In this document: piece after piece, positions 37,860-48,595 of the stretch
Layout of the letters: every line of letters begins with the position of its first letter
How positions within the stretch are numbered: position 1 is the stretch's first letter
Origin: Planctomycetota bacterium
GTDB lineage: Bacteria > Planctomycetota > B15-G4 > SIAN01
Length of the DNA: 64,000 nt
Assembly: GCA_031409275.1 (NCBI GenBank)
Contig: JANNXA010000050.1
Coordinates: forward strand, 192,001 to 256,000
Direction of reading: 5' to 3'
Translations under genes and position numbers: made by a program
The notes under the pieces: generated by a model
What the model saw: only the letters and a program-made list of their open reading frames with translations
The model's database searches: none
Told to the model about the DNA's origin: nothing

Positions 37860-40160
37860 CTACAGCAACTGGAACAACGTGTCGCTCATGGTCTGCACTG
37901 CCTGCAGGTAGCGACCGGCGGCCTGGTAGAGGTGCTGGTATTCGAGGAGGCGCAGCAGCTCCTCGTCGGTGTTCACGCCGGAGATCTCCTCACGGCGCGC
38001 CTCGAGCGAGGAGAGCAGCTGCTGCTGCGCGTCGGTCGCGCTCTGGTTGCTGCGCACCTCGAGGCCGATGCCCGCCACGACGTCGCCATAACCCTCGGCG
38101 AAGGTGCGTCCGGAGAGCGCCTCGACCGCGGCGTCGCGCAGGCCGACGATGTCGAAGAAGACGCCGGCATCGCCCGGCTCGCCGTTGCGGCTGCCGGCGA
38201 CGCGACGCGGATCGTTGACGATCTCGGAGTTGACGTCGAGGTCGGCCGCGCCGCTGCCGGTGAAGAACGCGCCAAGCTGCAAGGCGACGAGCACGTCGGA
38301 GGTGTCCGACTCGCCGACGAGGTCGAACTCGAAGACGTCGCCGGCACTCGCCTCGACCGAGCCGGCCGTGAGCGAGAGCGTGACACCGGGGAAGAGCTCG
38401 ATCGGATCACCCGGAACGTAGCCGGCGCCGACGTCGAACGTGGCGAGCTGGGTCCCTTGGTCGTCGAGCAGCGCGACTTCGAGCCCGGGCGTGAGCCCGA
38501 CCACGCCGTCGCCGAGAGCGCGAACGGTGAAGTGGCCGGTCGCGCCGTCGCTCGGCGTGCCGGACAGCGCCACCGTCACCGCCTGGTCGTTGCCGACGTC
38601 ACCGCTGCCGGCGGCGAAGAGCGCGCTGCTCGAGGCCGCCGTCACCGAGAGCGAGCTGGTCGGCCCGGCCGCATCGGATTGCAGGACCAACCGGCCGTCG
38701 ATCGCCGCTGCGCCGACTCCGGCGATCTGGGCGTTCAGCACCGCAGCGACTTCGGCGGCCGTCGCTTGCGTGATGTCGACGAAGTCGGCCGAGCTGAAGG
38801 TCACAGTGACCGGAACGCCGCCGTCGACGGCGAGCGAGAGCGTGTCGCCGTTCGTGAGCGCGAACGGGCCGGTGGCCGTGGTCAACGTCGCCTGGTCGGA
38901 GCCGAAGGAGCCGCCGTCGTCGGGATCGACGTCGAGGCGTCCGCTGAAGTCGAAGCCGAACCCGCCGTCGGCGCTGATGCGCAGCCGGCCGACCGAATCG
39001 AGGCTCGCGGCGACGTGCGGCAACGCGTCGAGCGCGTCGGTGAGATCGCTGAGCGACATCGTCTGCGGATCGACGGCGAGGAAGTGCTGGGTGACGCTGC
39101 CGGTCGCCGTCTCGACGACGTTGACCGTGAGCCGGCCGCCGACGGCGGGGAAGGGCAGGTCGATCTGGGAGAGCGGCTGGTTGACGTCGGCCGCCGTAAC
39201 GGTCACCGCCGCCGACAGCTGCGAGTAGGGTCCGGCCGCGCTCACCGCGGTCGAATGGCGCTTGTTCACCTCGTAGATGAGGTTGCGCGCGATGGCATCG
39301 AGCTCGCCCTGGCGATTCGGGACCGTGACGCGCGCGAGGTCGAGGTAGCCCTTCAACCGGCCGCTGCCGATCTCGAGTTCCTGGAGGTTGTCGCGCAGCA
39401 GCACCTGCACGGTGCCGTCGCCCGGCTGACGCGTGGTCAGCTCGCGCGCACGATCGCCGGAGACGAGGAGCAGCCCGTCCACCAGCACATCGACGGTGCC
39501 ATCGGGCCGATCGAGGACTTGCGGATCGGCCCAGTCCGCCAGCTCCTTCAGCAACCGGTCGCGAGCATCGAGCAGGTCGCCCGGCGTGCTGCCGAACGTG
39601 CGCGAATCGATGACGCGGCGATTCACCGCGGCCACTTCGGAGAGCAGCCCGTTCACCACGTTGACCGCCGCGCCCACGCCTTGCCGCGCTTCGTCGCCGA
39701 TCGACTGGACTTGCGCGGCGACCTGGCGGAAACCGGCGCCGAGCGTGAGCGCCGACTGCACGAGACCGTCGCGGAAGGAGGCGTCGCCGGCCGAGCGCGA
39801 CACGTCGGAGAAGGAGTTCCACAGGTCATCGAGGCGGGCCGCCAAGCCGTTGTCGCTCGGCTCCTGGAAGAAGCCTTCGAGCTGGCGCAGCAGCGACCCG
39901 GTGGCGTCGAGTCGGCCGAACACGTGCGTCTGCTCGCGCAAACGCGTCTCGAGCAGCGAATCGTGCACGCGCCTCAGGTCGGCGACCCTTACGCCGGTGC
40001 CGACGCCGAAACGCCCGAGCATCAGCGGCTCGGTCGACTGCAACAGCGAGAGACGGCGCGAGTAGCCGGGGGTCGAGGCGTTGGCGACGTTCTGCCCGAC
40101 CAGATCCATCGAGCTCTGGGCGGCGTGCAGAGTGCGCAGTCCGATGGAGAACCCGAGCAT
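37860..40160 (-). CDS. flgK: Hook-associated protein 1 FlgK (766 aa, large central insertion)
   Basis: GQNVANASTPGYSRR, LLDARD, ISGVNTDEE; start ATG 40160. Confidence 0.93.
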   Translation of the reverse strand: MLGFSIGLRTLHAAQSSMDLVGQNVANASTPGYSRRLSLLQSTEPLMLGRFGVGTGVRVADLRRVHDSLLETRLREQTHVFGRLDATGSLLRQLEGFFQEPSDNGLAARLDDLWNSFSDVSRSAGDASFRDGLVQSALTLGAGFRQVAAQVQSIGDEARQGVGAAVNVVNGLLSEVAAVNRRVIDSRTFGSTPGDLLDARDRLLKELADWADPQVLDRPDGTVDVLVDGLLLVSGDRARELTTRQPGDGTVQVLLRDNLQELEIGSGRLKGYLDLARVTVPNRQGELDAIARNLIYEVNKRHSTAVSAAGPYSQLSAAVTVTAADVNQPLSQIDLPFPAVGGRLTVNVVETATGSVTQHFLAVDPQTMSLSDLTDALDALPHVAASLDSVGRLRISADGGFGFDFSGRLDVDPDDGGSFGSDQATLTTATGPFALTNGDTLSLAVDGGVPVTVTFSSADFVDITQATAAEVAAVLNAQIAGVGAAAIDGRLVLQSDAAGPTSSLSVTAASSSALFAAGSGDVGNDQAVTVALSGTPSDGATGHFTVRALGDGVVGLTPGLEVALLDDQGTQLATFDVGAGYVPGDPIELFPGVTLSLTAGSVEASAGDVFEFDLVGESDTSDVLVALQLGAFFTGSGAADLDVNSEIVNDPRRVAGSRNGEPGDAGVFFDIVGLRDAAVEALSGRTFAEGYGDVVAGIGLEVRSNQSATDAQQQLLSSLEARREEISGVNTDEELLRLLEYQHLYQAAGRYLQAVQTMSDTLFQLL

Positions 40161-40161
40161 G

Positions 40162-40656
40162 TCAGGCCTCCGCGGCGAGCGCGCCGGCAGCGCGCGGAGC
40201 GAGGTCGCCTCCACGCGTGTAGGTGCGCGCGCTCGGGCGGCCGGCCGAGACGAGCCCCAGCAGATCCTCGATGAAGAGCACCGAGTGGCGCAGCAGCAAC
40301 GCCACCTGCCGGTTCGACTCGCGGATGCGGGCGATCCGTTCCTTCAGCGCCGCGCCCTCCTTCATCAGCGGCTGTGCCGCCGCGCCGACGTGCTGCTCGA
40401 TGCGTGCGAGCGTCACCTCGCGGCCGGGGATGCCGAGCTCGGCACCGACCTGTTCGAGCAGCGCGGTCCGCTCGGTCTCGAGGCGAGCGCTCTGTGCGAG
40501 CCCCTCCTCGGCCTGCGCCAGCACGCCGCCGAACTCCTTCGAGCGCCCCTTCATGAGGATCTCGAGCTGGAGATCGAGCAACGACTGGATGCGCTGCTGG
40601 ACGGCCATCTCGGCCGCGATGTTGCGCTCGAGCGCGCGGAGTGCCGTGTCCATCAC
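40162..40656 (-). CDS. flgN: Export chaperone FlgN
   Basis: Helical, N...LL.HS and TY..GG tail; directly upstream of flgK. Confidence 0.8.
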   Translation of the reverse strand: MMDTALRALERNIAAEMAVQQRIQSLLDLQLEILMKGRSKEFGGVLAQAEEGLAQSARLETERTALLEQVGAELGIPGREVTLARIEQHVGAAAQPLMKEGAALKERIARIRESNRQVALLLRHSVLFIEDLLGLVSAGRPSARTYTRGGDLAPRAAGALAAEA

Positions 40657-41114
40657 TTCGCCTCCCCGAGCGGTGACGCGAGAGGCGCCGCCGCGGCAGC
40701 CGATGCCGCACGTTCCTTCGCTGCGCCCGCGGCCGAAAGGCCGCGCGCGAGGTCCTCGACGGTGACCTTGTCTGCCGCCAGCAGCGGCTTCATCGACTCG
40801 ACCACCATGCGTCCGATGCCAAGCCCCTTGCCGGCCGCGAGGTGGTCGGCGAGGTTCGACTGGATCATTCCCTGCACGACCGACGAGCCCGGCCCGCTGC
40901 CGCCGAAGCCAGCGCCCTGCAGCGGCTTCATCAGCTCGGCGAGCAGCGTGTTGGCGAACAGCGCGTCGAAGCCGCGGCCGACCTCTTCGAGTGCTTTGAG
41001 CTGCTTGTTCGAGATCTCGCCGCGGCGCAGCTCGAGCGTGCGCGCGTCGCCGGAAGCCACGCGATCGGCGACCGCGGGGGCGGGAATCGATGCGTCACCG
41101 AGAGTCGTCATCAC
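40653..41114 (-). CDS. flgJ: Rod-binding protein FlgJ (no muramidase domain)
   Basis: GFDALFANTLLAELMK, GLGIGRMV; after flgI. Confidence 0.78.
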   Translation of the reverse strand: MMTTLGDASIPAPAVADRVASGDARTLELRRGEISNKQLKALEEVGRGFDALFANTLLAELMKPLQGAGFGGSGPGSSVVQGMIQSNLADHLAAGKGLGIGRMVVESMKPLLAADKVTVEDLARGLSAAGAAKERAASAAAAAPLASPLGEAK

Positions 41115-42346
41115 TGGATCTCCAACTTCGCGTGCAGGGCGCCGGCGCGGGCGATCGTCTGGAAGATCGCCACGAGATCGCGGGGTGCGACGCCCATGCG
41201 GTTCAGGGACGCGGCCAGCTCGCTGACGCTGGTGCCGCCGCCGACGACCTGCAGTCCGCGCTTCTCGATGTCGGCGTTGATGCTGGTGCGTTCGGTCGTC
41301 GCGGTGTCGCCGCCGCCGAAGGACTCCGGCTGCGAGACGTTCTCCGACTCGGCGACCGAGATGGTCAGGTTGCCGTGCGTGATCGCGACGGTGGAGAGGC
41401 GCACGTGGGCGCCGGCGACGACCGTGCCCGTGCGCTCGTTGATGACGACGATCGCCTCCTCGGCGGGCGCCACCATCCGCTCGGAGAGGCCCGCAATGAA
41501 CGTGACGACGTCCTGGCGCGCGCTCGGCGGCAGGACGACGCGCACCGTCGCGGCGTCGAGCGCACGCGCCGGCAGTCCGTAGCCGCGGGTGATCTCCTTC
41601 GCCACGCGCAACGCGGTCACGTAGCTCGGCGTGCGCAGATGGAGGTGCACCGCGCCATCCGCCGAGATCTGCTCCATCGGCACCTCCTGCTCGACGATGC
41701 CGCCGCCGGTGAGGATGCCGACGGTCGGGTGGTTCTGAGTGACCGTCGCGGCCTTGCCGCCCGCGGTGAAGCCGCCGACCGGGATCGCGCCCTGCGCGAC
41801 GACGTAGACCTGGCCATCGGCGCCATAGAGCGGCACCTGCAGCAGCTGGCCTCCGAACAGCGAACTCGCTCCATTCATCGACTGCACCGAGACGTCGACG
41901 CGCGTGCCGCTCTTAGCGAACGGCGGCAGCTTGCAGGTCACCGTCACCAGCGCGACGTTGCCGATGTCGACATCCTGGGCCGCGACGTTCATCTGATTGC
42001 GGCGCACGAAGTTGGCCAGCGCCTGGCGCGCGGCGTTGCCTTTGTCCCCGGTCGCGTTGAGGCCGGTGACGAGCCCGATGCCCTGCAGCTGGTTCTCCCG
42101 CACTCCCTCGATCTCGACGAGGTCGAGGATGCGGACCTGCACGTCGTCCTTGGCGATCGCGTCAGGTGGCTGCGCGGGCGCGCGCTCGATCGTGGTCGAG
42201 GTGACGGTGGCGGTCGAGGGCTCAGGAGCCGGAGCCGCCGCGGCCGGGATCGGCAGGTTCGGCGTCACCGGAACCACGGTCGGCGTGGTCGGCGGCGTCT
42301 GCGGCAGCAGCAGCGCGCAGGCGAGGAAAGCGGGCGACAGGAACAT
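41111..42346 (-). CDS. flgI: P-ring protein FlgI
   Basis: GVRENQLQGIGLVTGLNATGD, INERTGTVV, AGALHAKL. Confidence 0.95.
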   Translation of the reverse strand: MFLSPAFLACALLLPQTPPTTPTVVPVTPNLPIPAAAAPAPEPSTATVTSTTIERAPAQPPDAIAKDDVQVRILDLVEIEGVRENQLQGIGLVTGLNATGDKGNAARQALANFVRRNQMNVAAQDVDIGNVALVTVTCKLPPFAKSGTRVDVSVQSMNGASSLFGGQLLQVPLYGADGQVYVVAQGAIPVGGFTAGGKAATVTQNHPTVGILTGGGIVEQEVPMEQISADGAVHLHLRTPSYVTALRVAKEITRGYGLPARALDAATVRVVLPPSARQDVVTFIAGLSERMVAPAEEAIVVINERTGTVVAGAHVRLSTVAITHGNLTISVAESENVSQPESFGGGDTATTERTSINADIEKRGLQVVGGGTSVSELAASLNRMGVAPRDLVAIFQTIARAGALHAKLEIQ

Positions 42347-42394
42347 CGGCAGGCTCCAGAGGATCGACGAACGGAACCGCGGCGGTGACTCGGG

Positions 42395-43027
42395 TCAGAA
42401 CGGCCAGAGGAAATCGAGAGCGCGCTCGAACCAGTTCTTCTCCACCGCGTCCGCGCGACCGCCCGCCGCCTCGTAGAGGATGTCGGCGTTCGCAATCCGG
42501 TCCGACGCGATCGTGTTGTCGGCGTTGATGTCGATCGGACGCACCAATCCGCGCACGCGCATCTCCTTGACGTCACCGTCGAGGTGGACCGTGCGGCGCC
42601 CCTCGATGAGCAGCGTGCCGTTCTGCTTGACGTCGAGGACGACGGCGGTGAGGCGCGTCTCGAACTTGCCCTTCTGCGAGTACTTGGTCTCACCCTCGAC
42701 CGAGCGCGAGCTGGCGTACTTGAGAGCGGGCAGGGTGTTGAAGGCGTTGGGCTTGACGTCGAAGACCTGCAGCGCCGAGTCGAGCGAGGAGTCCTTGCTG
42801 ACCGCGACCTTGCCGTCGTCCTGCACCGTCTGGCCTTCGCTGACGATCACCGTGACGACATCGCCGACCTGCGTCGCCGTGTGGTCGGCGAGCGTCGCAC
42901 GCGGAGTGGCGCCGCCGCGATGCCAGAGCGAGTTGCTCTGCTGCGCGTGCGCTGCGACCGTCACGCAGGCCAGTGCGAACCCGGTCGCGACAGCGCGGCG
43001 CGCTGTCCCGAGCATCGTTTTCTTCAT
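42395..43027 (-). CDS. flgH: L-ring protein FlgH
   Basis: VGDVVTVIVSE, NGTLLIEG, GLVRPIDI..DNTI.S, WPF terminus. Confidence 0.92.
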   Translation of the reverse strand: MKKTMLGTARRAVATGFALACVTVAAHAQQSNSLWHRGGATPRATLADHTATQVGDVVTVIVSEGQTVQDDGKVAVSKDSSLDSALQVFDVKPNAFNTLPALKYASSRSVEGETKYSQKGKFETRLTAVVLDVKQNGTLLIEGRRTVHLDGDVKEMRVRGLVRPIDINADNTIASDRIANADILYEAAGGRADAVEKNWFERALDFLWPF

Positions 43028-43076
43028 TGAAGCCCCTCCTCCATTTCCATCGATCGACCGTTCATGCCGTGCCGCT

Positions 43077-44036
43077 TCAGCGAACCATCGCCACCGCGAG
43101 GCCGCCCGCGCCGCGCGCGATCAATTCGGCCTGGATCACCTTCTGGGTGGTCGGATTCAGGACCGGCACCACCTCGCCGCGGCGCCCGGCGCGCTGCGCG
43201 GTGCCGATCACCACGATCTCGAGCGCCCCGATGCGCAGGACGAGCTGCACCGAGTCGCCGCGCTCGGCGATCTGCGGCGGCTCGAGGTACTCCTTCAGCA
43301 GCGCGCTGCCCGCCTCGAGGTCGCGCGTCGCCACCATTCCTTGGACCTCGGCGAGGGCCATCACCGGAGTCCCGCCGAGCGCGGTCCATTCGCCGTCGCT
43401 CGCCAGCACCTGCGTCGGCGCGATCGTCTCGCCGCGGCGCACGCCGGTCAGCAGCAGGAGCTGCTTGCCGAAGCGGCGCACCTTGAAGCCGACGACGCGT
43501 TCGCCGACCACCATCGCCCCCTGCCGCACGACCACCTTCACCAGCAGCCGCGCCGCCCCGCGCGCCTTGGTCACGAACGCGCAATCGAACTCCGGTTCCG
43601 GTGCGCCATCGAGCAAGGGCAGCGGCGCCGGCGTCTGCACCCGCTCGAGCATCACGCGATCGCCGAGCTCGGCGGTCTGCGCCAGGATCCAGATCTGGGC
43701 CGCGGCGTAGAGATCGTCGGAGGGCAGTTCGCGCCAGTTCGCGACCACCTCGACCTGCGGCGCACCGACGATCGCATCGCTCTCGATCACGAGGCCCGCG
43801 AGCCGCGCCGCGAGGCGGACACCTGCGGGCGTCACCAGGCGCGGCTTGCCGGCCGACGGCGCCGGGCAGATCTCGAGCTTGCCCAGGCGTTCGACGTCGG
43901 CCTTCGGACCGTGCAGGTCGGCGACGTCGGCCAGCACCACCGGCGAGTGGGTGACCGCGACGCGCGGCTTGAGCTGCACGAGCAGCGAATCGCCGGCGCC
44001 GAAGAACGCGAGCAGGAGGACGAGCAGGGGGCCCAT
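43077..44036 (-). CDS. flgA: P-ring formation chaperone FlgA
   Basis: Signal peptide, VVLADVA, SAF-like region, RGDSV...G..GEVVPVLN. Confidence 0.85.
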   Translation of the reverse strand: MGPLLVLLLAFFGAGDSLLVQLKPRVAVTHSPVVLADVADLHGPKADVERLGKLEICPAPSAGKPRLVTPAGVRLAARLAGLVIESDAIVGAPQVEVVANWRELPSDDLYAAAQIWILAQTAELGDRVMLERVQTPAPLPLLDGAPEPEFDCAFVTKARGAARLLVKVVVRQGAMVVGERVVGFKVRRFGKQLLLLTGVRRGETIAPTQVLASDGEWTALGGTPVMALAEVQGMVATRDLEAGSALLKEYLEPPQIAERGDSVQLVLRIGALEIVVIGTAQRAGRRGEVVPVLNPTTQKVIQAELIARGAGGLAVAMVR

Positions 44037-44037
44037 G

Positions 44038-44829
<792 letters not shown>

Positions 44830-44861
44830 CGGAGCTTCCCTTTCCTTGGCGGCGGCGCGCG

Positions 44862-45596
44862 TCAGCGCGACATGTCGTTCAGACGCTGGCGCAGTTCGTT
44901 CTCGGTGGAGAGCGCCTTCTGCGCCGCCTCGTACTGACGTTGCACGACGATCATTTCGATGAGCTCGCGCACCGGGTCGGTGTTCGAGCGTTCGCGGTAA
45001 CCCTGGAGCACTTCGGTGTTGGTGGCGGCGACGAGTTCGCTGCCTTCGGGAGCGGCGTAGCGACCGCCCCCTTCCGCCATCAGCTCGTTCGGATCGACGA
45101 AGGTGACGACGCGCAACCGGCCGATCGGCTCGTTGTCGGAGAGCACGGTGCCATCGCGCTCGATGCGCAGCGCGCTGTTGGGCTCGGTCGTGCGAAGCGG
45201 CCCCGACTCCCCGAGCAAGCGCGCGCCGCGGCTGTCGATCACGAGTCCGTCGGCGTCGCGCGACAGCGTCACGCTGCGCACGAAGTGGACGCGATCCTCG
45301 ACCTCGACCGCGAAGAAGCCCTCGCCCTTCAGCGCGAGGTCATCGAAGCTGTCGGTCGCGATGAGGTCGCCCTGCGTGAAGTCGTGCTGGACGGCGGCCT
45401 GCTTGCCGGAACTTGCGCCTTGAGCGGCGCCGCTTTCCTCCGAAGAACTCTGCGAGTACGCGATCAACCGCTTGTGGCCCGCCGTCTCGACGTTGGCGAG
45501 GTTGTCGGCGACGACTTCGAACCGGCGCTCGAGCCCCCGCATGGCGGTGGCGATGGCGCGGGTCGTGCCGCGGATGTCGATGGAGTTGGTGGTCAT
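44862..45596 (-). CDS. flgF: Rod protein FlgF
   Basis: VADNLANVETAG, LALKGEGFF, QGYRERSN; upstream of flgG. Confidence 0.85.
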   Translation of the reverse strand: MTTNSIDIRGTTRAIATAMRGLERRFEVVADNLANVETAGHKRLIAYSQSSSEESGAAQGASSGKQAAVQHDFTQGDLIATDSFDDLALKGEGFFAVEVEDRVHFVRSVTLSRDADGLVIDSRGARLLGESGPLRTTEPNSALRIERDGTVLSDNEPIGRLRVVTFVDPNELMAEGGGRYAAPEGSELVAATNTEVLQGYRERSNTDPVRELIEMIVVQRQYEAAQKALSTENELRQRLNDMSR

Positions 45597-45611
45597 GGCA
45601 GCGACCTCTTG

Positions 45612-45626
45612 GCAGGTCGCGTGCCA
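45612..45626 (-). promoter_or_regulatory. Putative sigma54 promoter of the flgF operon
   Basis: TGGCAC-GCGAC-CTGC, 15 nt before ATG. Confidence 0.6.
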
Positions 45627-45691
45627 GTGCCGCCGTTTCCACCCAAGTCATGGCGCACGCACGACTTGCGCGCGATGCCACGAGGCCGCCG

Positions 45692-48595
45692 TCAGGCCGG
45701 AGTCGGAATCTCGTTCCGAGTGGCGCGACGCGCGGCGGAAAGCGCTGCGCACCGTTCCAGCAGCGCCTGCGCCAGCGGGTCGTGCGGGCAGCGGGCGAGG
45801 TAGCGCTCGACGAAGCGCTGCGCTTCGTCGGGACGCGCGAGCCCGGCCGCGGCCTGCGCCGCGTGGTAGAGCGCGTCGAGGTCGCGCGGCTCGCGAACGA
45901 ACGCCGCTCGCGCGAGGCGCAGCACGTCGCGCCAACGTCCCTGCTCAGCGCACAGCCGTGCCAACAGCCCCGGGTCATCGCGGTGACGCTCGGCGAACAG
46001 CTTCCAGTTCTCTTTCTGCTGCTGCACGAGGTCGACGGCGAGCGCCTGGAACGTCTTGTTGCCGAAGTGATGGACGTAGGCCTCGCGTGCGATGATCAGC
46101 CGCTGCCCGCGCCGCCGCTGCTGGCGGCAAAGCTCGTCGTCCTCGAAGGTGCCGCGGCCGTACGCGTCGGCCAGACCGCCCACGAGGTCGGCGCGCCGGC
46201 CGGTGAAGCAGAAGCCCGACAGGAAGGCGACGTCCTCCTGCCGGCCGCGCTCGCGCGCCGACCACGCCTGCGCGCGGGCGCGGAGCTGGTCGAAGTCAGC
46301 CAGCGGCTGCCCCTCGCCGAGATCGATCTGCTGGCGCCCCTTCGCGTAGCTGGTGCACGGCCCGACCAGGCCGATCGACGGATCGCTGGCCAGCGGCATC
46401 ACCTGCGGCGCCAGCCAACCCGGCAGCGGCACGGTGTCGTTGTTCAGCACGCAGACGAACTCGCCCTTCGCGGCCGCGAGTCCCTGGTTCACCGCGCCGG
46501 CGAAACCGCGATTCAGCTCATTGCGGATCACCTGCACGCGCGGGTGGCGGGCCAACACGGCCGTCGTGTGGTCGCGCGAACCGTTGTCGATGACGATCAC
46601 TTCCTGCGCGCCATCGTCGCCGCGCGACTCGAGCTCGGCGAGGCAGCCGGCCGTGTAGTCGGCGGCGTTGCAGACCGGAATCACGATCGACGTCGCCGGC
46701 AACGTCGACGCGCGCGGACGTGCCGCGACGCGCGGCGCGGGCTCGACCGGCTCGCCAAGACACGTCGCGACCGCCGCCTTCGCGACGAAGAGCCACTGAT
46801 GCTCGCGCGCCTCGGCGGCGAGGTCGGCGACCGCGAGCCCCGCCTGCGCCAGCGCGGCGATCAGCGGCTCCGGCATCGCCCCCTGATCCCAATGGACGCC
46901 CTGGCAGCGCTCGACGGCGAAGCCGGCCGCAGCGAAGAGGCGCTGCGCCGACTTGCGCGTGAAGAAGCGCAAATGGGTGCGATCGAGGATCCCGGCCGCT
47001 TCGTAGCGGAAGTCACCTTCGAGCAGCTGACGCAACACCGACCAGTGGCGGACGTTGGGCAGGCTCGCGACGACGACGCCGCCCGGCGCCAGCAGACGTC
47101 GCGCGTGCGCCAGCGCTGCTTGCGGATCGGCGAGGTGCTCGAGCAGGTCCGCGAAGACGATCGCATCGAAACTGCCGCTTCGCAGCTCGGCGAGGCGCGC
47201 GATGGCGTCGCCGGTCAGGACGCGATCGAGCTCCTCGCCGGCCCGCTGCGCCGCCGCCGCATCGAGCTCGATCCCCACCACCTCGAGACCCGGCTCGCGC
47301 TCGAGCTTCAGCGCGGTCCCAAGCGCACCCGCGCCGCAACCGACGTCGAGCACGCGCTGCGCGTGCGCCGGGATCAGCGCCCGAACCTCGGGCCGATCGT
47401 GTTCGAAGTAGCCGAGCGCCTTCTCGCGCTTCTGCGCCGTCCCTGGCTCCGCGATCGCGGTGACTGCATCGAGCGTCTCACGCGCCGCGTCGTTCCAGCT
47501 GCGCGCCAGGCCACGCTCGCGACGCCGTTGCACTGCGGCAGGGTCGCGCTCGGCCAGCGCCGCGCGCACTCCCGCGACGAACGACTCGCCGTCGGAGGCC
47601 AGCGTGATCACATCGGCATGGTCGCGAGCGCCGGCGACCGGGGTCGCGACGATCGGACGACCGCTGCTCAAGTACTCGTAGACCTTCTGCGGATCCATCG
47701 CGTCGGTCTGCGGCGACACGACGTGCGGCATCAGCAGGACGTCGGCGTGCTGCAGCAGACCCGGGATCTGCGCACTTGGCAGCGCGCCCAGGAATCGCAC
47801 GTTCGGGAACGCGGCGAGCTGCTGGCCGAGCGACTCGCCGCCGGTGCCGGCGATCAGCAGCGTCGCCTGCGGGAAGGCGCGCGCGACCGCCGCGAACAGC
47901 GCCGGCTCGAGGCGCAATCGCAAGCTGCCGGCGTAGACGAGACGCGGGCGCGCGACCCCCGCCAGCAGCGACGGCTCGAGAGCCTTCGACTCGTAGGCCG
48001 CGCCGTCGACCGCGTTGCACACCAACTGGGCGTGCGGCTGGAAGCGGCTCCATTCGCGCAACAGCGTGGCGTTGTTGCCGATCAGCAGGTCGGCGCCACG
48101 AGCCAGGCGACGGTATCGGCGCTCGAGGTCGACGCGCGCCGCGCTTCGCGCCGCATGGTAGGCGCGATGGTCATCCTCGATCTCGCAGACGATGCGGCCG
48201 AAACGATCGCCGATCGCGGCGAGCAACCGTTCGCCGAGCTGCGAGGGCGCATTGATCCACAACACCGAGTCGGGGCCGAGCGCCTCGGCCTGCTGCAGTA
48301 CCGCGACGACCTGCTCCAGCACCTCGCGCCACGGGTTCGCGGCTCCCGCCTCGAACGTCGGCGTGAAGCGCCACCACTCGCCCGCCTTCGCCACCGTCGC
48401 GCGCGCGCGCGCGGCCGCGATCACCGGCGAATCGGCGGCGCTCGCGAGCTGATCGCGGCGCACCGGCGGTTCGAGGTGCACGACCCGGCGCACACGGCGG
48501 TCGGCGAGCCACGCCTGCGACAGGCGTTGATCGCGCAACCCCGTGTCGAGCGGGTCGTTCTGGTACCAGACCTTGACGATCGTCAGCGGGCGCAT
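45692..48595 (-). CDS. Multidomain glycosyltransferase: GT-B (GT4-like) + SAM methyltransferase + GT2 + TPR
   Basis: PQKVYEYLSSGRPIV; VLDVGCGAG...ADLLEHL; IDNGSRD...LNNDT...FEDDE; TPR tail; start ATG 48595. Confidence 0.88.
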   Translation of the reverse strand: MRPLTIVKVWYQNDPLDTGLRDQRLSQAWLADRRVRRVVHLEPPVRRDQLASAADSPVIAAARARATVAKAGEWWRFTPTFEAGAANPWREVLEQVVAVLQQAEALGPDSVLWINAPSQLGERLLAAIGDRFGRIVCEIEDDHRAYHAARSAARVDLERRYRRLARGADLLIGNNATLLREWSRFQPHAQLVCNAVDGAAYESKALEPSLLAGVARPRLVYAGSLRLRLEPALFAAVARAFPQATLLIAGTGGESLGQQLAAFPNVRFLGALPSAQIPGLLQHADVLLMPHVVSPQTDAMDPQKVYEYLSSGRPIVATPVAGARDHADVITLASDGESFVAGVRAALAERDPAAVQRRRERGLARSWNDAARETLDAVTAIAEPGTAQKREKALGYFEHDRPEVRALIPAHAQRVLDVGCGAGALGTALKLEREPGLEVVGIELDAAAAQRAGEELDRVLTGDAIARLAELRSGSFDAIVFADLLEHLADPQAALAHARRLLAPGGVVVASLPNVRHWSVLRQLLEGDFRYEAAGILDRTHLRFFTRKSAQRLFAAAGFAVERCQGVHWDQGAMPEPLIAALAQAGLAVADLAAEAREHQWLFVAKAAVATCLGEPVEPAPRVAARPRASTLPATSIVIPVCNAADYTAGCLAELESRGDDGAQEVIVIDNGSRDHTTAVLARHPRVQVIRNELNRGFAGAVNQGLAAAKGEFVCVLNNDTVPLPGWLAPQVMPLASDPSIGLVGPCTSYAKGRQQIDLGEGQPLADFDQLRARAQAWSARERGRQEDVAFLSGFCFTGRRADLVGGLADAYGRGTFEDDELCRQQRRRGQRLIIAREAYVHHFGNKTFQALAVDLVQQQKENWKLFAERHRDDPGLLARLCAEQGRWRDVLRLARAAFVREPRDLDALYHAAQAAAGLARPDEAQRFVERYLARCPHDPLAQALLERCAALSAARRATRNEIPTPA
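45703..45719. promoter_or_regulatory. TCGGAA-N5-TTCCGA palindrome
   Basis: 6-bp perfect arms, ~80 bp upstream of the flgF sigma54 element. Confidence 0.5.

Noticed and set aside
40653..41114. FlgJ as a truncated pseudogene
   Set aside because: Rod-binding-only FlgJ is common outside beta/gamma-proteobacteria; the ORF is intact and coupled to both neighbours.
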